From assembly GCA_041917755.1 (NCBI GenBank), contig JAYRWY010000007.1, forward strand, positions 266,770 through 330,769: a stretch of 64,000 bases of DNA. Direction: 5' to 3'. The DNA is from Alphaproteobacteria bacterium (GTDB lineage Bacteria; Pseudomonadota; Alphaproteobacteria; UBA9219; RGZA01). Below, in pieces: positions 18,740 through 30,296 of the stretch (positions are counted from its first letter, which is position 1; the number at the start of each line of letters is the position of its first letter). The notes beneath the pieces are model-generated. The model was given only the letters and a program-made list of their open reading frames with translations, did no database searches and was not told the DNA's origin. A program made the position numbers and the translations under genes.

Positions 18740-19507
18740 ATGTTTGAACAGCGCCCATTACCAACCATCCCGCCTAAGCCTGACTTTCGAATTCCTGCGC
18801 GTTCTGGCATGTTTGTATTTATCTTTTTTGCTGTGGTCATGATGGGATTACGCATCCAGGATGTAACCCATGACATTATGAACGGAAAGACCGTTCAAGC
18901 CATCGCGCCTGCACAAGCTGAAACAGCAGCCAAGGAAGCAGATAAACCTGAAGCCAAGGCCGAAAATGATGCCAAGCATTCTAAGAAGGAAGATGGCGCA
19001 GCCAAAGAAGGCGAGGCAGGCAAAGATGCAGCTAAAGACGAAAAGCCGGATCCGATAAATACTGATCCGGTCATATCGGGTGATCCCGAAAACTTTTCAG
19101 ACGCTGAGGTCAATATTCTCAAGCGTCTTTCGGAACGCCGCCAGGAATTAGACAAGCAAGCACGTGATATTGATCAACGTGAAGCTTTGTTAAAAATTAC
19201 CGAACAGCGAATTGATAAAAAACTTGGTGATCTTAAAACGATGCAGGAACAAGTACGCCAAGCCATTAGTGCCGCATCGGCAGAACAAAAAGCAAAAACA
19301 GATAGTCTTGTTAAAATTTATGAAATCATGAAGCCGAAAGACGCAGCACATATTTTTGATGCGCTTGATTTGCCGATTTTACTAAGTGTGATTACAAATA
19401 TGAAAGAGTCCCGTGTTGCTCCCATTCTAGCGGCAATGGATCCGCAAAAGGCAAAGCAGGTTACATCTGCGCTAATGGATAAGAAGCCATTACCAACGCC
19501 GCCATAA
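18740..19507 (+). CDS. motE: MotE/FlbB-like flagellar protein
   Basis: Transmembrane helix, charged linker, and a C-terminal domain (IYEIMKPKDAAHIFDALDLPILLSVITNMKESRVAPILAAMDP) resembling the MotE/MgtE-N-like family. Confidence 0.5.
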   Translation: MFEQRPLPTIPPKPDFRIPARSGMFVFIFFAVVMMGLRIQDVTHDIMNGKTVQAIAPAQAETAAKEADKPEAKAENDAKHSKKEDGAAKEGEAGKDAAKDEKPDPINTDPVISGDPENFSDAEVNILKRLSERRQELDKQARDIDQREALLKITEQRIDKKLGDLKTMQEQVRQAISAASAEQKAKTDSLVKIYEIMKPKDAAHIFDALDLPILLSVITNMKESRVAPILAAMDPQKAKQVTSALMDKKPLPTPP

Positions 19508-19720
19508 CACCTGCAATACTGTCCATTAGTCATATCGTCATGTGATTGTTCGTTTCCCAGAACAAATAGTATGAACAAACTGTAAAGTTCTTGAAAAAAC
19601 CTTGATAAAAAATGCGCCCTAATAAGGCTTTGTTAAACCCTCGCGGCTAACAATAGGCATTCCGACGAAAGTCACATTTAGTAATTCTCACACATACTTG
19701 CCACGTTAAGGAGCATTCCC

Positions 19721-20107
19721 ATGGCTGTGAATATGGATATGAACGTTCTCATCGTTGATGACTACAAAACGATGCTGCGTATCGTGAACAATCTTCTCAA
19801 GCAATTGGGTTTCAAAAACGTATATGAAGCGACCGATGGCGGTATGGCTCTGGGTATGCTGCGTGAAAAAGATTATGGCCTTATTATTTCTGATTGGAAT
19901 ATGGAACCAATGACCGGTCTGCAGCTATTAAAAGAAGTTCGCGCAGATGCAAAGTTGAAGGCAACTCCGTTCATTATGGTAACCGCGGAAAGCAAAACTG
20001 AAAACGTGGTGGCTGCCAAACAGGCTGGTGTAAACAATTATATTGTAAAGCCGTTTAACGCCGAAACACTGAAGTCAAAAATTGTAACTGTGCTGGGACA
20101 ATTCTAA
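19721..20107 (+). CDS. cheY: chemotaxis response regulator CheY
   Basis: 128 aa receiver domain. DWNMEPMTGLQLLKEVR is very close to the E. coli CheY DWNMPNMDGLELLK. Confidence 0.85.
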   Translation: MAVNMDMNVLIVDDYKTMLRIVNNLLKQLGFKNVYEATDGGMALGMLREKDYGLIISDWNMEPMTGLQLLKEVRADAKLKATPFIMVTAESKTENVVAAKQAGVNNYIVKPFNAETLKSKIVTVLGQF

Positions 20108-20152
20108 TCATATAACAATCAGCCAGATTGCTTTACGTGAAGGGACGCAATA

Positions 20153-20797
20153 ATGAGTGGGTTTGACAACGAGTTGCAGCAAACGCTGGAAAAAGCCTTG
20201 GCGCAGCTTGGTGATGCCACAGGAAAACAAGCCCCGCATGCATTAATTGCTGCTGCAATTGATACCCTTAAAGCTGCGCGCATAACCAATCATCAGGTAT
20301 ATGACCAGTTGGCGGCATTGGCCCAATATATTGCAAATGCAAAGCAGGAAATCGCTAATATTCGCGCCGATGCCATCAGCGGCGAACATATCCCAAGCGC
20401 AACCGACCAGCTCGACGAAGTTATTGGTGCAACCGAAGATGCAACCAATAAGATTATGGATTGCTGCGATGCCATTACGACGATAGCCGGTAAGCAAGCA
20501 CAACCCTTACAGCAAGAGCTTACCGATCAGGTCACAAAAATTTACGAGGCATGTAACTTTCAGGATATCACCGGACAGCGTATCACCAAGGTGGTGCGTA
20601 CCCTGAAACATATTGACGGGCAGGTATCATTATTGCTGAAGGCCTTGGATGATGCAGGTTTTCAAATTGAAAAGAACTCGGGCCTTGTTGGCCTAAATGT
20701 ATCCAAGGCAACGGACACCGAGAAACACTTGCTTAATGGCCCGCAAGCTGCGGATACCGCCATTAAACAGGACGATATCGACAAGCTGTTTGGCTAG
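20153..20797 (+). CDS. cheZ: CheY-P phosphatase CheZ
   Basis: 214 aa with the CheZ catalytic motif FQDITGQ (E. coli DFQDLTGQ, catalytic Gln) and an acidic C-terminal CheY-binding tail. Confidence 0.7.
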   Translation: MSGFDNELQQTLEKALAQLGDATGKQAPHALIAAAIDTLKAARITNHQVYDQLAALAQYIANAKQEIANIRADAISGEHIPSATDQLDEVIGATEDATNKIMDCCDAITTIAGKQAQPLQQELTDQVTKIYEACNFQDITGQRITKVVRTLKHIDGQVSLLLKALDDAGFQIEKNSGLVGLNVSKATDTEKHLLNGPQAADTAIKQDDIDKLFG

Positions 20798-20885
20798 CTT
20801 CAAAGGCGGGCATTGAATCGCCATAACCCTTGTTGTTTTTGCTGAAATCGGTCAATCTGGAAGTGGTATTTTTGCTCTCTTTCCA

Positions 20886-23873
20886 GTGTCGTCGCCGCGG
20901 TTCATCTTGAAAACTAACCCTCTTGTATGGTCAGCATTGCTTTTGGGGTTTGGCACCAGTTTGCCAGCCATGCCGTGCCATGCGCAGTCTTCAGATGACC
21001 CTGCTTCAGCTCATCTTTCCGCGCCGATTGCTGCCCGGCCTTTGCAGATGCAGGCATCTGTGCGCGCCGGCATCCATGATGAGTATGAACGTGTGGTCTT
21101 CGATTGGCCGGCTAAAGTCAGCTATAGTTTTCTACAAAATGGCCAAGAAGTTGATATCCATTTTTCTCAATCCACGTCTATTGATTTATCGCCTGTAACC
21201 AAACGTCGTCTCTCCAGCATCGTGCGAACCCAACAGGTCATGGATGCAGGTGTAAACCGTGTTAAGTTATTTTTGGCACCTGATATTGTGGCAAAACAAA
21301 TTCAGCAAGGCCGATTGGTGATTGTCGATTTCTATCATGGCAAGGCGCCGGTCATGACGGCATCGGCGTCTTCATCCAATCTGCCTCAGGCCATGTCAAT
21401 TGCTGGTGAAGCGCCAGTTGCAGCAACTCATTCGGATGCAACGCCAGCAACAACTTCAGAAGCAACTTCAGAAGCCAAACCCACTACGAATTCCGAGCCG
21501 GCGGTTCAACCTTTATTGGCGTTGCAACCATCCAATGCACCACTTCCCCCGAATTTGGACGATATCGGTAATGATGCGGTTCCGCTGGTTACGCTAGATC
21601 CCGGGATTGTTGCGGGCGCTGCAATCTATCGCCGGGCAGATTATGTCTACATTGTCTTTGGCAAAAAATTCACATTGCCCCTATCAGCGATGCTGCGTGA
21701 AATGCCGCGCGTCACTCTGGAAAGTTTACAATCACCAACCGGTACAGTGTATCGGTTTTATATGCCGCAAGATTTAAATTTGCGTAGCAACCGTGATGAT
21801 ACCAAATGGACAATTCTTGCTTCAAAAAAAATTCCAACCGCCCCAATCAGTTTAACAGTAACCGCCCAGCCGGATTATGCGCTTGGCGCGCGAATTATTA
21901 TTCCCGTTAGCAAAGCAGATGATGCGGTGCATTTTGTTGATCCCGAATTAGGCGATGAATTGGTGATTGTTCCGCTTGAAGGATCTAGTCAAGCCGTGCG
22001 TCAGGCATATCGCTTCGCAGATTTCCGCTTTGTACCATCTGAACAAGGGGTTGTTATTCACCCCCTGACAGATACCGTGGATATCAAGCGTCAAAATCTG
22101 GGTATTGAAATTACGAATGAACATGGGTTGCGCCTTTCCCCGTCCAAAGACACGGGCATGGAAAGCGATGTGCGCGCCAACACCCCCATGAAAGACCAGT
22201 TGTTTGATTTAAATGATTGGTATGGCCCAAGCGCCAAGTCCTATACCGAAATGCGCCAACACTGGCAGCGTACACTAGCCGAAGTTCCGGAAAGCGAACG
22301 TGATCGTGTGCGCTTGAATATGGCGCGGTTTTATTTTGCACGTAACCATGCTCATGAGGCATCGGGGCTTTTAAATTTATTAGTTCAAAAAGTCCCTGAT
22401 TTGTTGCATCGCAGTGAATTTTTGGCCTTGCGTGGTGCTGTACGTGTGTTGACCCATGATGCTGGCGCGCTGGATGATTTAAGCCTTCCCGATATTATGA
22501 ATTATCCTGAAGTGAAGCTGTGGCGCGCAGTTGCAAAAACCCGGGCACTGGATTGGAAAGAGGCTGCAGAACTATTCCAAAGCTCGGATAAAGTACTTGA
22601 TAAATATCCAGAGCCGTTCTTTACAGATTTTTCAATTACCGCCATTGAATCCGCCATATCCAATAAAGATAAGCAATATGCAACCAAAGTATTGGAACGT
22701 CTTATCCAACGCCGCCCTGAACTGGATATGAAATCTGGCCCCGTCAATTATTTGCGCGGTGTGCTAATGAGTTTGACCGACCACCTGGACAGAGCCGAAG
22801 TATATTGGAACAAGGCAGCCTCCGGCCGCGATCAGCTCTATCGTGTGCGCGCAAAATTATCTCTGACAGATTATGAAGTAATCACCGGTAAAATTTCGCC
22901 TCTGCAGGCAGCAGAAAAACTTGAACGTCTTCGTTTTGCATGGCGCGGCGATGATCTGGAATTGGACGTGCTGCGACGCATTGGAAAATTCTATATTGAA
23001 GGCGGCAAGATGGAAGAAGGGCTTGCAACGTTAAAACAAGCACTCAGTTTATTGCCAGATAATGAAGCCGCAAAACAACTGCATATGGAAATGGCATTTG
23101 CGTTTCGTGATGTGTTTTTAGGTAGCAAAAATCGTGATGTTTCCGCACTAGATGCACTTAGCCTTTATGAACGTTTCTATGATTTGGCACCATCAGGCGC
23201 TGAAGGCGATGCGATTATCCGTTCGCTGGCCCAGCGCATGGTGTCACTCGATTTGTTGGATAGAGCCGCAATGTTGCTGGCTGACCAAGCTCGGCATAGA
23301 TTATCTGGCGCAATGAAGATACGCGTTGGTACACAGGCTGCGGGCATTTATCTGCTTGATCACAAGGCCGATGCAGCTTTGGATATTTTAAAAGATACAG
23401 ATGATCCGTCTGTGCCAGAAGACTTGCAGATTGAACGCAGTTTGCTCAAAGCCAAAGCACTTTCTAGTTTGAATAAAGTTCAAGATGCCAAAGCAATTTT
23501 AAAAAATGTGAACAGTGAATACTCAGCAAGATTACTTGCGGATATGGCTTGGCGTGCACGGGATTGGGCTGATGCCGCTCAAACATTGGAGGCACTTATT
23601 GGGCCGCCCGTGACTGAAGGTTTAAAATCTGAAACTGCACAGTTGATTATCAGTCGGGCAATTGCACTAGCCTTAATCAACGACACCGCGGGCCTGAGTA
23701 AATTGCGCTCAGATTTTGGGGCTGCCATGAAGGGGCTGCCACAAGAGGAACTCTTCAAAACTCTTACCGAGCCAGAAACAGGCTTGCCGCGCGATCCTTC
23801 AACCATGAAGACCTTGATGACAGATGTGGATTTGTTCCAAAGCTATCTAGAAAACTACCGCAACTTAAATTAG
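20886..23873 (+). CDS. large secreted or periplasmic protein of 995 aa with an Ala/Thr/Ser-rich linker and an alpha-helical TPR-like C-terminal half
   Basis: Long ORF with a signal-like N-terminus and coding-like composition. No family recognised. The true start may be internal. Confidence 0.5.
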   Translation: MSSPRFILKTNPLVWSALLLGFGTSLPAMPCHAQSSDDPASAHLSAPIAARPLQMQASVRAGIHDEYERVVFDWPAKVSYSFLQNGQEVDIHFSQSTSIDLSPVTKRRLSSIVRTQQVMDAGVNRVKLFLAPDIVAKQIQQGRLVIVDFYHGKAPVMTASASSSNLPQAMSIAGEAPVAATHSDATPATTSEATSEAKPTTNSEPAVQPLLALQPSNAPLPPNLDDIGNDAVPLVTLDPGIVAGAAIYRRADYVYIVFGKKFTLPLSAMLREMPRVTLESLQSPTGTVYRFYMPQDLNLRSNRDDTKWTILASKKIPTAPISLTVTAQPDYALGARIIIPVSKADDAVHFVDPELGDELVIVPLEGSSQAVRQAYRFADFRFVPSEQGVVIHPLTDTVDIKRQNLGIEITNEHGLRLSPSKDTGMESDVRANTPMKDQLFDLNDWYGPSAKSYTEMRQHWQRTLAEVPESERDRVRLNMARFYFARNHAHEASGLLNLLVQKVPDLLHRSEFLALRGAVRVLTHDAGALDDLSLPDIMNYPEVKLWRAVAKTRALDWKEAAELFQSSDKVLDKYPEPFFTDFSITAIESAISNKDKQYATKVLERLIQRRPELDMKSGPVNYLRGVLMSLTDHLDRAEVYWNKAASGRDQLYRVRAKLSLTDYEVITGKISPLQAAEKLERLRFAWRGDDLELDVLRRIGKFYIEGGKMEEGLATLKQALSLLPDNEAAKQLHMEMAFAFRDVFLGSKNRDVSALDALSLYERFYDLAPSGAEGDAIIRSLAQRMVSLDLLDRAAMLLADQARHRLSGAMKIRVGTQAAGIYLLDHKADAALDILKDTDDPSVPEDLQIERSLLKAKALSSLNKVQDAKAILKNVNSEYSARLLADMAWRARDWADAAQTLEALIGPPVTEGLKSETAQLIISRAIALALINDTAGLSKLRSDFGAAMKGLPQEELFKTLTEPETGLPRDPSTMKTLMTDVDLFQSYLENYRNLN

Positions 23874-24116
23874 CTGCAAAAAATCAGTTAAGTATATGAT
23901 ATATAACAGTATTATTGGTGTGTGTGCAGGCGCAACCTTCAATAAGGCAACACCTATGCATCTTGTTATGCACAGCCAACTATTTTGCTTATACACCCCA
24001 TTATTTCATGCTAATTAAAGCCGTTCGCATCGCGGGTGGCGATTCATTTATGCCGTCCCGAAACTGACCTGACTACAAAATCTAGACAAGCTATCCAGCT
24101 CAAGAGGATATACACC

Positions 24117-25028
24117 GTGTTATCACGTTTATTTGCATTGTTTGCAACTTTTTCACTCCTAGCAACCCCAGCATTCGCAGCAGAACAGTACTCGGTAGGC
24201 GCGCCTATCCCCTGGGGGCTCGATCTTCAGGCCGCTTTTTCTCCTGCCAAACACCGCATGCATGATTTCCATAACTTTATGCTGGTGATTATCACGTTAA
24301 TTACGATCTTTGTTTTGTGCCTGTTGATTTATGTCATCGTGCGCTTCAATGCTAAGGCAAACCCAAAACCAGCAAACTTTTCGCACAACACTCTTCTTGA
24401 AGTAGTTTGGACCGCAATTCCGGTTTTGATATTAGTCATCGTGGGAATTCCATCGATGAAACTGTTGTACTATGTAGACAAGACACCCAATCCGGAAATG
24501 ACCCTTAAGGCTACTGCTCACCAATGGTATTGGTCTTATGAAATGCCTGATCAGAAGGTTGAATCATTTGATAGCCGCCCAATTTGGGATGGCACCAAGC
24601 AGACCCAAGAACAGATTGATGCTGCTCTCAAAGATGCAGCGCCAAACTGGATTTACAACTCTGAAAAGCCATTACGTTTGCTCGAAGTAGATAACCGTTT
24701 GGTCTTGCCCGTAGACACCCAGGTTCGCGTGTACACAACGTCATCCGATGTAATCCACTCTTTCGCTATTCCTTCCCTTGGCGTGCGTAAAGATGCTGTC
24801 GCAGGCCGCTTGAATGAAACATGGCTGAAGATTGATAAGGAAGGCGTCTATTATGGCCAATGCTCGCAAATTTGCGGCACGGGTCATGCGTTCATGCCCA
24901 TAGTGATTGAAGCCGTCAGCAAAGAAAAGTTTGCGGCATGGGTTGCCAAGAAAACCGGCGCAGATGGTGATGCTAAGAAGACCAAGCAATCGCTGCTTCA
25001 ATCCAATTCAGTTATCACTCAACGCTAA
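24117..25028 (+). CDS. ctaC: cytochrome c oxidase subunit II
   Basis: CuA site (HSFAIPSLGVRKDAVAGR...CSQICGTGHAFM). GTG start with an AGGA ribosome-binding site 9 nt upstream. Confidence 0.9.
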   Translation: MLSRLFALFATFSLLATPAFAAEQYSVGAPIPWGLDLQAAFSPAKHRMHDFHNFMLVIITLITIFVLCLLIYVIVRFNAKANPKPANFSHNTLLEVVWTAIPVLILVIVGIPSMKLLYYVDKTPNPEMTLKATAHQWYWSYEMPDQKVESFDSRPIWDGTKQTQEQIDAALKDAAPNWIYNSEKPLRLLEVDNRLVLPVDTQVRVYTTSSDVIHSFAIPSLGVRKDAVAGRLNETWLKIDKEGVYYGQCSQICGTGHAFMPIVIEAVSKEKFAAWVAKKTGADGDAKKTKQSLLQSNSVITQR

Positions 25029-25032
25029 TTAA

Positions 25033-26646
<1,614 letters not shown>

Positions 26647-26651
26647 TTGTC

Positions 26652-27587
26652 ATGACGTTGTCATCAATCGAGTTATCACAATCAGGTTCGCTTGCTTCAG
26701 ACCATGAAGCAAGCGTTCGTGATTATGTTGCTTTATTGAAGCCACGCGTGATGTCGCTGGTTGTGTTTACTGGTCTGGTTGGTGTTATGGTCGCGCCTGG
26801 CCATATCCATCCTCTGCTTGCTTGTGTTGCGGTGCTTTGCATTGCCTTGGCCAGCGGTGCAAGCGGCGCAATCAATATGTGGTATGAACGCGATGTGGAC
26901 GCGCTGATGGTACGTACCCGTAATCGGCCATTGCCGCGCGGTCGCATGGCACCAGAGCACGCATTGGAATTCGGCACAGTTATTCTTTGTTTTGCTGTGT
27001 TGCTGATGGGCGTAGCGGTAAATTGGGTTGCGGCTGGCCTGCTGGCATTTGCAGCAGGGTTTTATGTGTTTATCTACACAATGTGGCTGAAACGTCGTAC
27101 CCCGCAGAATATCGTGATTGGCGGCGCGGCAGGGGCATTCCCTCCCATGATTGGCTGGGCAGCAGTTACAGGACATATTGGCCTTCCGGCACTGGTTTTA
27201 TTCGCACTGATCTTTTTTTGGACACCGCCACATTTCTGGGCTCTTGCCCTATATCGCAGCGACGATTATGCCCGTGCAGGAATTCCTATGCTGCCCGTGG
27301 TAGCAGGTGAGCGTGCAACAAAAATTCAAATGTTACTTTATACCTTATTGTTATGCCCAATTGCCTTTGCACCTTGTGCACTTGGTTTTGCAGGCTGGCT
27401 TTATGGTGCGGTCGCTGCACTATGCAGCATTGGCTTCGTGGCTTATGCCGTAGCAGTGTTTTTTGATAAAGACCACAAGATTGCCAAGGGTATGTTCAAG
27501 TTCTCTTTGCTTTATCTCACAGCCATGTTCGCTGCGCTGTTAATTGAAAAGCTAGCTGGCCTTCAACCTGTGGGAGCCATGCTATGA
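26652..27587 (+). CDS. ctaB: protoheme IX farnesyltransferase (heme O synthase)
   Basis: UbiA-family motifs (NMWYERDVDA...); position after ctaD. Confidence 0.9.
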   Translation: MTLSSIELSQSGSLASDHEASVRDYVALLKPRVMSLVVFTGLVGVMVAPGHIHPLLACVAVLCIALASGASGAINMWYERDVDALMVRTRNRPLPRGRMAPEHALEFGTVILCFAVLLMGVAVNWVAAGLLAFAAGFYVFIYTMWLKRRTPQNIVIGGAAGAFPPMIGWAAVTGHIGLPALVLFALIFFWTPPHFWALALYRSDDYARAGIPMLPVVAGERATKIQMLLYTLLLCPIAFAPCALGFAGWLYGAVAALCSIGFVAYAVAVFFDKDHKIAKGMFKFSLLYLTAMFAALLIEKLAGLQPVGAML

Positions 27588-27727
27588 CCGAACCCGTTGT
27601 AAAAATTTCATTTCCACCCGCTAAACGCAAACGTAACTTGGCCATTGCTCTGGGGCTGATCGCATTTGTTGTTATTATTTATGTGGTCACAATTGTTAAA
27701 CTAAATGTTCATGGTGGTGTCGGATGA
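27584..27727 (+). CDS. small membrane protein of 47 aa between ctaB and ctaG
   Basis: Hand translation MTEPVVKISFPPAKRKRNLAIALGLIAFVVIIYVVTIVKLNVHGGVG. ATGA overlaps at both ends give translational coupling. Analogous small ORFs occur in alphaproteobacterial cox loci. Confidence 0.45.
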   Translation: MTEPVVKISFPPAKRKRNLAIALGLIAFVVIIYVVTIVKLNVHGGVG

Positions 27728-28350
27728 CAGAGCAAGCCGCCCCGCTCAATCAAAAAAATCGTACCGTAGGCCTGAAGTTGGCCGCGGGTGGTTTGTTCAT
27801 GCTTGCGTTGGCCTTTGTGTCAGTGCCGCTTTATAACCTTTATTGCAAGAAGACCGGTTTTGGTGGTGCAACACAGGTTGCTGCTGCTCCTGCTCCTGAA
27901 GATGTGATCCTGAATCGTACCGTAAAAATCCGTTTTAATGCCGATGTCTCGCCCGGACTGCCTTGGAATTTCAAACCTGTGGCCAATGAAGTTGAAGTAA
28001 AAATCGGCGAAGCACAAAAAATCATCTATCACGCAGTCAATAACGGCAAGACCGATGAAGTAGGCGTGGCCATGTACAATGTTCAACCTGACCGTGCCGG
28101 GTTGTACTTCAATAAGGTTCAATGCTTTTGCTTTGATGAAAAACTTTTAAAGCCTGGTGAAAGTGCCGAGTTGCCGGTGCAATTCTTTGTTGATCCCGCG
28201 ATTGCCAAAGATAAGCAAATGGATGATGTTAAAACAATAACCCTGTCATATACCTTTTTTGCAGCTAAGAGCGATAAGCTGGCTCAGGCGCAAAAAAAAT
28301 TCGATACCAAGCAAACTGAATTGCTGGAAACAGCAAAGACCATACCATAA
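27724..28350 (+). CDS. ctaG: cytochrome c oxidase assembly protein CtaG/Cox11
   Basis: Cox11 copper-chaperone fold (CFCF motif). Confidence 0.85.
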   Translation: MTEQAAPLNQKNRTVGLKLAAGGLFMLALAFVSVPLYNLYCKKTGFGGATQVAAAPAPEDVILNRTVKIRFNADVSPGLPWNFKPVANEVEVKIGEAQKIIYHAVNNGKTDEVGVAMYNVQPDRAGLYFNKVQCFCFDEKLLKPGESAELPVQFFVDPAIAKDKQMDDVKTITLSYTFFAAKSDKLAQAQKKFDTKQTELLETAKTIP

Positions 28351-28362
28351 AGGAGAGTAAGC

Positions 28363-29229
28363 ATGTCAGATCACCACGGGCCCCAATACGAAGATAGTGG
28401 TATTCCACAGCCCTACCATTTGGTGGCACCTTCGATCATGCCTCTTCTCGGGGCATTAGCTGCTGGCGCGCTTGCGGTTGGCATGATTTTGTTTATGCAC
28501 AAGATCAAGCTTGTCTTGGGCAGTTTTTCATTTGAATTCGGCAGCACGGGCTTGCTGCTTGGTTTTGCCAGCGTGCTTGCCGTGATGTTCTTCTGGTGGA
28601 AAGACGTCATTAAAGAAGCCTATGTCGAAAAGCTTCATGGCCCGTTGGTAAAGCTTGGTCTTCGTTATGGCATGGCTTTGTTCATCGCTTCAGAAGTAAT
28701 GTTCTTCGTCGCATTTTTCTGGGCTTATTTCAATTCCGCGCTTTATCCAGTTGGCGGCGTATGGCCACCCAAGGGTATTCACACCATTGATCCGTTCGAT
28801 TTGCCATTTGTGATGACCGTCATTCTGCTTCTTTCCGGCTCAACCGTAACCTTCGCTCACGAAGCATTGGTGGAAGGTCGCCGCAAGGATGCTATTCAGG
28901 CTCTTGGCCTGAGCGTGCTGCTGGGTATTCTTTTTACTTGCTTCCAGGCTTATGAGTATCTCAATGGCCACTTCAGCTTTAAGGATGGAATCTTCCCATC
29001 TACCTTCTTTATGGCGACCGGCTTTCACGGTTTCCACGTGCTGATTGGTACCATTTTCTTAATCGTGGCATGGGTGCGTACCGCTAAGGGACACTTTACC
29101 AAGGATAGTCATTTTGGCTTCGAAGCGGCTGCTTGGTACTGGCACTTTGTTGACGTGGTATGGCTGTTCCTGTTCACATCCATTTATTGGTGGGGTTCGG
29201 GTCCGCAAGTTCCTGGAGCACATGGGTAA
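28363..29229 (+). CDS. ctaE: cytochrome c oxidase subunit III
   Basis: Conserved subunit III helices (GFHGFHVLIGT...). Confidence 0.9.
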   Translation: MSDHHGPQYEDSGIPQPYHLVAPSIMPLLGALAAGALAVGMILFMHKIKLVLGSFSFEFGSTGLLLGFASVLAVMFFWWKDVIKEAYVEKLHGPLVKLGLRYGMALFIASEVMFFVAFFWAYFNSALYPVGGVWPPKGIHTIDPFDLPFVMTVILLLSGSTVTFAHEALVEGRRKDAIQALGLSVLLGILFTCFQAYEYLNGHFSFKDGIFPSTFFMATGFHGFHVLIGTIFLIVAWVRTAKGHFTKDSHFGFEAAAWYWHFVDVVWLFLFTSIYWWGSGPQVPGAHG

Positions 29230-29578
29230 GTTCCAGCAGCTGTTGGCAACAGCGGTTGCGTGTCGTTGCCCAAAATGTGGCAAGGGCTCTTTATTTAAAG
29301 GGTTTATCACCTTAGTTGACCATTGCGACCATTGTCATCTGGCGCTTGCCAAAAATGACAATGGCGATGGTCCTGCCGTTTTTTTGATATTCATCCTTGG
29401 CTTTGCGCTTGTTCCGCCGGCAATAATCATTTCCATGCATGTGGACTGGCCGCTTTGGGTGCATGGCTTGCTCTGGGGCTTTTTAATATTGGGTGCTACA
29501 CTTGGCACACTGCGGCCAGCCAAAGCGTTGACCGTGGCCATGCAATTCAAAAACAGGCCAGATACGTTTACATCATGA
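29222..29578 (+). CDS. DUF983-family zinc-ribbon membrane protein
   Basis: CPKCGKG...CDHC zinc ribbon plus two transmembrane helices. Overlaps the ctaE end, as is usual in alphaproteobacterial cox clusters. Confidence 0.6.
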   Translation: MGKFQQLLATAVACRCPKCGKGSLFKGFITLVDHCDHCHLALAKNDNGDGPAVFLIFILGFALVPPAIIISMHVDWPLWVHGLLWGFLILGATLGTLRPAKALTVAMQFKNRPDTFTS

Positions 29579-30294
29579 ATATTCCGGAATTCAAAATGCC
29601 CCACATCAGCTTTCAGCCAAAGTTTTGGCCAAGTGTTAGCACGGCATTGATGGTCGCGGCATTGCTTGGGCTAGGCGTATGGCAAATGCAGCGTGGAGAA
29701 TGGAAGACAGCCCTTGTTGCAGAACGCGCAGCACGATTGGCAGAAAAGCCGATGGTTCTAAAAGGATTGCCCGATGGACCAGTTGAGCAGTTGTATTATC
29801 GCGGTGCCTATGTCACTGCACCTGTTAAGATAGCACGGCCATATTATACTTTTTCTCATACCTCTGATCGCGGCGTAGGATTTCAGCTCTATTTTCCTGA
29901 AACATGGAATAATGATCGCTGGTTTATTCGCAAATCAGATTTTTTGACCATGCAAGAATGGAAAGCCGGCGGACTTACCTGGCCAACCAATGAGGAATTG
30001 GCGCAGGAACTGCCCCATGAGCAACTAGGGGTATTTGTTCCACTTGAAGATCCGCAAAATATGATATTGCTCAAAGAGGTTGGCAATGAACCCATCCGCC
30101 CATTGGATAAGGTCGAGCCAATCATATTTGTGCCCATTTTCGAATGGAAGGGCATCCAGCATGAATTGTTAAAGGCCCGTTTGCTTAATATATCCAATAA
30201 TCATGCGGCTTATTCGCTGACCTGGTTTTTGCTCGCCTTGGCTCTAAGCGTGATTTATGTTTCTTCGCATACCAAGCTTACCTTTAAGGATTAG
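29575..30294 (+). CDS. surf1: SURF1 cytochrome oxidase biogenesis protein
   Basis: Transmembrane helices at the N- and C-termini with a periplasmic core (WQMQRGEWK...). The start was set at the ATGA overlap with the preceding gene. Confidence 0.75.
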   Translation: MNIPEFKMPHISFQPKFWPSVSTALMVAALLGLGVWQMQRGEWKTALVAERAARLAEKPMVLKGLPDGPVEQLYYRGAYVTAPVKIARPYYTFSHTSDRGVGFQLYFPETWNNDRWFIRKSDFLTMQEWKAGGLTWPTNEELAQELPHEQLGVFVPLEDPQNMILLKEVGNEPIRPLDKVEPIIFVPIFEWKGIQHELLKARLLNISNNHAAYSLTWFLLALALSVIYVSSHTKLTFKD

Positions 30295-30296
30295 TA

